DNA from: Chara braunii
Lineage: Eukaryota > Plantae > Charophyceae
DNA: 57,960 nt
Reading direction: 5' to 3'
NCBI GenBank assembly: GCA_003427395.1
Contig: BFEA01000019.1
Coordinates: forward strand, 735,889 to 793,848
The notes under the pieces were generated by a model, which worked only from the letters and a program-made list of their open reading frames with translations, was not told where the DNA came from and did not search any database. Position numbers and translations under genes: made by a program. How positions within the stretch are numbered: the first letter of the stretch is position 1; each line of letters opens with the position of its first letter. Positions 50,578 through 57,960 of the stretch are shown here, piece after piece.

Positions 50578-50760
50578 TATTGTTGCAGACAACTGCCCCG
50601 TGAGCTGTCGACAGAAAGGGAGAAAAGGACAAGAAGTAGGGTGCTGTGCCAGACTGTTTGTCGGACTTTCACCAACTTACCAGGACGCTGAAACCTCAAT
50701 AGTCTGCACAGTCCCCTAACAGGTGGAAGATAGTATATGAGTTAATTCACCTTAACCCCA
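50578..50760 (-). mobile_element. Decayed hammerhead element copy in a HOS1 intron
   Basis: aactgccccgtgagc...gctgtgccagactgtttgtcggactttcacc...gaaacctcaatagtctgca; core mutated. Confidence 0.6.
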
Positions 50761-51002
50761 GTTGAAGTTGGGAAGCACCATAACAGTTAGTAGGGAAGGA
50801 AGAGACATTTGTGCAGCTGAAGTGCAGTGAAACACAGTGTGTTACGACCTCAGAGTTGGGTATCCTTTGGGATGGGATGGGGTGCGATGGGGTGGGATGG
50901 GGTAGGGTGCGGGGGGCAATCTCAGGGTTTGGGGTATTCCAGTTCAGCCCAGTGGCGATGATGCAAGGGTGGGAGAGGAAAAGGGTGCAAGCAAGGCCAT
51001 AC

Positions 51003-51137
51003 CACAATCTTCGTTCTCTGCTTTCTGGCCTCCATCATTCTCCCAATGATTGGAAGGTTTGGATTCTGTTGAATACACTGTTGTTCCAGCTCTAGCAACT
51101 TCGCATGCGTCTTCTCTGCCTCTATGTATCGACATCT
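51003..51137 (-). CDS. HOS1: HOS1/ELYS-like exon (not called in this frame by the ORF track)
   Basis: Manual translation RCRYIEAEKTHAKLLELEQQCIQQNPNLPIIGRMMEARKQRTKIV; ggcAG acceptor, GTG|GTATGG donor, 135 nt. Continues the HOS1 'YxxRxRYIxA' motif. Confidence 0.85.
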
Positions 51138-52108
51138 CTGCCACGATAGAGTTTCAGAGTCATCACAACAACACAGTTACTCATATCAGAAAATGTGTAG
51201 GAAGAAAGCACCGAACGGGGAAAGAGAACAGGAAAGATATGGGCAAACAGATGAGAAGATAAGAGGAGAGGACAGAAAGATGGGATGATGACACAACAAT
51301 GACGGATGACACATCACCTCTCCAAGTCCCATATGGTTGTCACGGTCAGAAGTGGATTCGATAACGGTGGACGAGGAAGCAGAAGGATGTTCACGCTGAC
51401 TTACTGACCCAGATGTGCACTTCCAGTTATTTTTCTCATGATTCTTGTTTAAAATAGCAAAGCTGACAGGTTCCGATGTGGAACCTGAGAGAAACCCATG
51501 AGAAAGGCAAGCTAACAGTCAATCCCGTCAGCTGAACAGAAGGAAGTGTGAGGGCGTAAACATTGTATGATCATGACTTGCCAGGCGAGAATGAAGCAGT
51601 CTAACGCTCCCGAGAATGGGTTTGCCGCCAGGACCAAACAAACAAACAAACAAACAAACAAAACAAACAAACAAAACAACCAACCAACCAACCAACCAAC
51701 CAAAACCCACCCACCCACCTGCCCGACCCAGTCACCGACCCACCCAGTCACCGAACCCCCCCCAAAACAACCAAACAACCAAACAACCAACCAACCAAAA
51801 CCCATCCACTCGCCCGACCCACTCACCAACCCACCCATTCACCGAACCCCCCCAAAAACAACCAACCAACCAACCAACCAACCAACCAACCAACCAACCA
51901 ACCAANNNNNNNNNNNNNNNNNNNNNNNNNNNNNNNNNNNNNNNNNNNNNNNNNNNNNNNNNNNNNNNNNNNNNNNNNNNNNNNNNNNNNNNNNNNNNNN
52001 NNNNNNNNNNNNNNNNNNNNNNNNNNNNNNNNNNNNNNNNNNNNNNNNNNNNNNNNNACCGACCAACCACCCAACCAGAGACAGGAAAGAGGGCAAGCAG
52101 AGACATAC

Positions 52109-52639
52109 CAAGATGTAGTAAGTGACCAGGAAGGCACCAGCCTTGCCGTGCGGTTCTCTCAATGCTTCATTCATCAAGTACTGGCTTAAGATACTCTCCT
52201 CCTCCTGGCTCCAAGGGAGCTTTATCAGGTTCCCAAGCCATCCATCGCGGATGCAAATCCAGCATATCTCGGTGACAAGAACCTCCATCTCCTTCTTCCA
52301 ACCAAGCCGTTTACCATCGTCTACTCCGTCTCCTTCCATAATCTTCTGTCCATTGATGCCAATATTTGGGTTCTCCTCCATTTCCCGTACTCTTCGCCAG
52401 TGATCGTATTGATACAGGTAGCCATCTGCAAGCAGTCCACTTTGGATAAGCACTCGCAGGGCGATGATGGCTTTTGACAACGGGATCTGGGAATGGCATT
52501 CGCTGCCCAAGATACCCCCGCTCCCGCTTGCTCGCAAAGCATCGAGTGCGACGTGTGGTGCACCCCTCTCCACCAATGAGCCCAGAACTTTGGGGTGCAA
52601 AGATGGTCCTGCAATCACGGGAATCCACTGACATGCCTC
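52109..52639 (-). CDS. HOS1: HOS1/ELYS-like exon
   Basis: EACQWIPVIAGPSLHPKV...MEVLVTEICWICIRDGWLGNLIKLPWSQEEE...AGAFLVTYYIL; AG/GT ends, 531 nt. Confidence 0.9.
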
Positions 52640-53388
52640 CTGCACCAATCAAAAGACGTACCACGACAAGGAGAAAATTTTCAGGAAAAAAAGGGGTTAG
52701 GTGAGGCGGGGAGGGCGGGAGGGCGGGGCAGGGGGGGGAAGAAGGCAAAACGGACAAGCTGCAGATGCAGCAGTCTTGTTGTCCAGACTCTGACCATACT
52801 TTTCTTCATTGAAACACTGCCTTCGCCCATCTGCAACTCAGATTCTAACAAATTCCCTCACTTTCGTTGAAGTCCCGCCGTAGCTACCGTCTTCGCTTGA
52901 ACACGATGCACATGCACTCCAATGTAGGTCGTTCAAGCACAATGCATAGGTTGTGATCTATCCATTTAGTTCACATATGTTCTATTTCTGGTGTACACGG
53001 ACCAACTTTCGGGTTCGTTGATGGGCTGATTTCGTTGGAGCAGGCCTTGTTTAAGTATGGATGGTTCTGCGTTCTCTGGCACCAGTAGCTTTGTTTGCTG
53101 GCCTTTCTTTTTCTCGCCAATTGCACGTTGTGACACATTGGCAACAACCACCAGGCTGCAGCACACCAAAGGCAGACAGAAGACTCCCTGCCCGACTTAG
53201 CTGCCTGCTTGCCGGGAACATTTCGACTTGGCACAATTCCGAATGGATACGGTTCAGAAGGTATATTGATCCAGAAAGGGAGAACCACTGCCCTGCAATA
53301 GCAGCAAGAAAGCTGCTGCCTGAAATAGCAGCCAAGAATGCACAGGATGTCCCAGGAGCAGACAGAGAGAGAACCGGGGGCGGGCGCG

Positions 53389-53464
<76 letters not shown>

Positions 53465-53679
53465 NNNNNNNNNNNNNNNNNNNNNNNNNNNNNNNNNNNN
53501 NNNNNNNNNNNNNNNNNNNNNNNNNNNNNNNNNNNNNNNNNNNNNNNNNNNNNNNNNNNNNNNNNNNNNNNNNNNNNNNNNNNNNNNNNNNNNNNNNNNN
53601 NNNNNNNNNNNNNNNNNNNNNNNNNNNNNNNNNNNNNNNNNNNNNNNNNNNNNNNNNNNNNNNNNNNNNNNNNNNNNNN

Positions 53680-53749
<70 letters not shown>

Positions 53750-54095
53750 CCCGCTTGCACCTTTGTGCCATTCTTGGCAAGTTTTTTTTTTTCTGTTCTT
53801 TCTCCTCCTTCTGCCCAACATAGCAGCCAGAGAGCCGCCTAACTTCGCAGCAAGAAAGCTGCTACCGTGCGGGTACATGCAGTAAAAGTTAAGAATGGTT
53901 GTCCACTCAAATAGAACCTCCTTTTTGGGTTGCATTTGACTTCAAAAGAGCCCCCAAACAGAGACCACCATCTTTCACAGACACTTAGGGCATACAGTAG
54001 GACTTTTCGGCATGCATTTGACCTCAATTACGGTGAGATTCAGCCCATGATATCCTGGTATGAATATGGTCTTAGAAGAGCAGGCAATGACTAAC

Positions 54096-54254
54096 CTGTA
54101 GAGCTTGTTCCGAGGTCTCATCCAAGAGAAAGAAGACAAGACACTCCGTGCGAGGATTTCGGGTGATGCCCAGGAACGCACAGTAGTCATCGATTGTTTC
54201 AAGCCAGCTAGAATGCGAGATCCCCCAAAATCGATCAAACAGGTAGTAGAGAAG
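54096..54254 (-). CDS. HOS1: HOS1/ELYS-like exon (ELYS domain)
   Basis: LLYYLFDRFWGISHSSWLETIDDYCAFLGITRNPRTECLVFFLLDETSEQALQ; canonical AG/GT ends, 159 nt. Confidence 0.9.
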
Positions 54255-54799
54255 CTGCAGAGCTTTATGAGTCAAGGAGAACATTTCCTAAACGCGTTTA
54301 TCGACATTGCCACCACCACCCAGAAATGAAGAACTTCCAGGCACATTCACTTACCCCTGCCATAACCGACCTCACCTTACTGCCCCAGTTAAAAAAAAAA
54401 AGAAAAAAAAAAAAGAGTTACCCATGATTCCAAAATCAAGAAACAACGTATGCACACGAAGAGCAGTGCTTGCCTTGCCTACTCACTACATAGTACACAC
54501 TCGAGTGTGCACCGGAGCAGCAAATGCGATACAGGCTCTATCGACAGCAGCCGATCGAGGGAAGCACTGCCTTTGCCATTCAGTTCACCAATTCTAGTCA
54601 TTCTCTGATTCTGATACAGTCGCTATCCTTTTTCTTTTTTTTCTTCTCATATATGGGGGACAGCTATATTTCTACTACACTATTTTCTTCTCTCAAGTAT
54701 CCTTACACTAGCTACCCATCCAACCGGGACCAGCCAGCAATCCCGCATATCCATACCTACATCTAGTGAGGCTAGCTTAGGGTTATGGATTTTTTGCCT

Positions 54800-54940
54800 A
54801 TCCCCTCAGGGTTGAACCTGTCCCCTCAGGGTTGAGCCTGTCCCCTCAGGGCTGAACCTGTCCCCTCAGGGTTGAGCCTGTCCCCTCAGGGCTGAACCTG
54901 TCCCCTCGGGGTTGAGCCTGTCCCCTCAGGGCTGAACCTG
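54800..54940. repeat. 20-bp minisatellite (cctgtcccctcagggytgar) x about 7
   Basis: Direct tandem copies visible. Confidence 0.9.
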
Positions 54941-55063
54941 ACCACTGGCAACGACTGGGAGGGACTGCATGCATCCCTCCAGCTAGACCAGGAGGGGCGG
55001 GCTAACTATATCAGTTGGGGAACCCGCAGTGCCCACCACAACAGGAGCCCATGGGAATTCGAA

Positions 55064-55135
55064 TGGAAGGCGCGAGGAATCCAACCTGCGGCCTCCCGAA
55101 TGCAACTCGTCCTCTACCAACTGAGCTACACAGTC
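55064..55135 (-). pseudogene. tRNA-Ala(TGC)-like sequence, probably a SINE head
   Basis: tgtagctcagttggtagag (A box), ttgca loop, ggttggattcc (degenerate B box), ends CCA; acceptor stem unpaired. Confidence 0.55.
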
Positions 55136-56610
55136 ACTATCTGATTTTGCATTCGGTCACTTTTTCCGGTTTTGCCAGATAACGGGAACCACTGCTCTTT
55201 CCGTTCAGTCCACCATACTGAAATGAACCGTGTTCAAATTCAGAACAGACACATTTCTTTTGACACATTTCTTTTGAATTTTTTGAAAGATTGTACAAGC
55301 AGAACAGGTCAGCAGGGTCCCAGAGTTCATCAAAAGGGGCCCTCGTTCCAGTACAATATGGCCCAATCCACGTCTTAGTCAAGAGTCTTCGGCTAAACCC
55401 TACAAAGTCGGAGAACGGCTAAGAAACAGCATACAGAAATTTCAAGGGTCGTGACCTTTGGCCAGTCTGAGTCCGATTTCTGGGGTCGAAAGACAGGTCG
55501 AGGGCCAAAAGTCGTCTGTGATGTGCCTCCAGTCAAAAGGTCCAGGGGGAGTCTGGGGCTCCAAGACACCACCAGGGACTGGACTAATTAACCCAGGACT
55601 CAGGAAAGCCAACAGTCAGGCGCTACCCCCGGCACAGTACACTTAAGAGAGTCCAGGATTTTTCGAGAAGTCAAATTTGGCCACACGTCTCACACCATCC
55701 AAAGGCTCAAGTACAATGGAAGATTCCAGATGGGGCCAGGTACACTCAAAAGGCGCAACAGAATCCTGGCCACACAAATCACGAAATATAAGATGTTTTC
55801 AGGAGGCAACCCAAGGCAGGCCAGACTAAGATCATGCTCCAAAAGCCGGGCATGCTCCAGTTCGTGCATTCAGTTTCTGCCCAGCAAGTCGATGCCAACA
55901 CTCACGTCCTGGAGGACCTGCGGCCATAGCTGTAGTGGAGGCTGCATGCAGAGGAAGGGGAGGCTGCTGCCTCCACAGCTTTCACGGGCATCCAGAGCTG
56001 AAGTGACGGTTGCATGCAGAGGAAAAAAGACTGCTGCATGGACAGAATGCTGGAGGTAACGTCCGGCATGTGGGGAGAGAGTGATGCTTACTTGGCGTCT
56101 TCATCCTGACACTCTATACTATTCTTGACTTCCGTCCTGCTCAAGATGTGCTGCATCGCTGTTTCCATGCCTGTTTACATAGGCGCTTGCTTCGGGGAGC
56201 AGTGCTTGCCATGTTGCTTGGTGAGAGACACTGTGGTGAGTGGTGAGACAGAGGCAGTGTTGGGCGTCGACTGAAGAAGCTTGTTGATGAGAAGGCGAGA
56301 GAAGTCACAGAGCCCAGAACTGGAAGAAAGAGAAGAACGAGTTTTTTTCTTTTTCTTTTTTTTTTTTTGGTTTAGAAGAACGAGTTTGTAACTTCGTAAT
56401 CTTTGATAATTAATGAGCCTCCTGATTATCTTTGATAATTAATGAATGTTCTGATTCTTTCCTAATCATCTTCCTGTCTTATGAATTTTCAATTTTCATG
56501 CATTGAGTTTTACTGGCAATATTTGATGACGTGCACATCCAAAGAAACGAGGTAGCTCACATGCAATTGCACAGTTGGATTACACAGGCAAGACGTTTAT
56601 TGGAGGATAC

Positions 56611-57039
56611 AATCGCCTTCTTCGCCTGCTCATCATCAGAGCTTCCACTGAGAAATAAGATGTCAACAGCTGAACGAATGCTCAGGAAAGGGTACAACTC
56701 TCCCTCCTCCCCTCTACAGCCGTCAGAGGAGGAGCCCCATAACATCTGGCGTGCCCCTCTTCGGTCCCCTGCACCGGACTCAACAAGATCCTCAAACCAC
56801 TCACTCTCATCCTCATCCTCCTCCAGACCGAGCCGATCAACAGCATCCTGAATAAACAAAGTCGCAGACTCCTTCGCAAATGGAGGGTCCTCAAGTCCAT
56901 GTGGCCCAGGCCACTGCCGTTCCTGAGCCGCAACCTTCCTTTCGTGGACAGCATTAGACCAGTCCTCTGAGCTGCTGAACCTGCAGGGAAGGTCCTCCAG
57001 AAACCGGTTTCGCATACACCACATCATCAACCTTGCATG
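56611..57039 (-). CDS. HOS1: HOS1/ELYS-like E3 ligase/nucleoporin, internal exon
   Basis: HARLMMWCMRNRFLEDL...WSNAVHERKVAAQERQWP...YPFLSIRSAVDILFLSGSSDDEQAKKAI resembles plant HOS1. AG acceptor, GTATCC donor, 429 nt. Confidence 0.85.
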
Positions 57040-57318
57040 CTACTCACAGCAAGAACGAAAAAACACAGAAGCCAATCAACCAATCAACCAATAAACCATT
57101 AGCCAATGATTGCAACTGCCTCTTCTTTCACCAACATGGGCTGGAAAGATCAAGAACGCTCTCTCTCTGTTGCATACCGTATCGGTGCAGACCAGAACAA
57201 GAACCGACCTTTCAATACAAAGTATAAGATAGCACAGCGGAAGACTTAGATACCAGTGATCCCAACAATCAATGTTGTAATGCAGCCCTGAACACACATC
57301 ATCATCATCGTTTCACAG

Positions 57319-57960
57319 TGTGAATGGGTCTGGCGCTTCACACAGGAAGACAGCGCCAGCCCAGAACATGCACAGACGAGGAGGAAGGGGATAGACGAAG
57401 AGGAGGGGGAAGATGGGAATGTCTTGAGTCAGCAATTCCCTGTACTTCCGGACAGAAGAGGGAGAGCAGGCAGCGTCAATGTCGGCTGGTCGAGGGAGGA
57501 GAAGGTCGGCGAAGATCCGGCCTTTCCGTCCACCGTGGTGCAACTCGAATGGAGTCACGCCGATCGCCGAATGCACCGAAGTGTTGTAGGCGAACTCGAT
57601 GTCGGGGAGGCGGTCAACCCAATCTTTCTGGTCCGGACGGATGAGCGTACGAAGCATCATTTGAACGGTCTGATGTGCCCACTCCGTCTGCCCGTCTGTC
57701 TGAGGGTGTCGAGCCGAACTTGGTTTCATTGTTGTGCCGGACTCCTGCATGAGAGCAGTCCAAAACGCCGACATGAAACGAGTGTCGCGGTCGCTGACAA
57801 TGTCTTCTGGTACACCGTGGCCACAAATCCAACCAGTGTGCAGGAGGCGTGCCAGCTCGGGAGCCGTGGAGTAGTACTTGCAAGGGAGAAAACGCGTGTA
57901 CTTACTCAATCGGTCCACAACCGTGAGGATGCCGTCGTGCCCGAGCCGGTCGCGAGGAAA
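57319..57960 (-). mobile_element. Ty3/Gypsy LTR retrotransposon integrase (rve) fragment plus a probable LTR end, in a HOS1 intron
   Basis: VDRLSK...HGVPEDIVSDRDTRF...SSARHPQTDGQTE...DWVDRLPDIEFAYNTSVHSAIGVTPF. Integrase similarity stops near 57425; the element strand ends ...TTCACA at 57319. Confidence 0.9.

Larger units (their letters stand above)
54255..56610 (-). other. Probable U12-type (minor spliceosome) GT-AG intron
   Basis: 5' splice site GTATCCTC. Branch site TCCTTGAC at 54271-54278, with the branch A about 17 nt from the AG. No long polypyrimidine tract. Confidence 0.75.

Overview
Repeat-rich eukaryotic DNA with N gaps, microsatellites and very long introns. The plant-type genes and U6 suggest the green lineage; a charophyte such as Chara is my guess, not established here. 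Two spliced minus-strand genes are present: the first two coding exons of RAD23 (about 13.9 kb intron) and six 3' exons of a HOS1/ELYS-like gene, one intron of which looks U12-type. The rest is mobile or repeat DNA: a Ty3/Gypsy integrase, a split Penelope-like RT, TA-flanked pogo/Tc2-like MITEs, tRNA-derived heads, four U6-derived copies and minisatellites. Two Nextera junction adapters are assembly artefacts. The most notable signal is a non-coding family that inserts at (TA)n and carries a type III hammerhead ribozyme (7 copies, 2 with intact cores). At 36.9-38.4 kb it occurs as head-to-tail monomers of about 425 bp that also contain a segment antisense to the hammerhead, a retrozyme- or viroid-like architecture.
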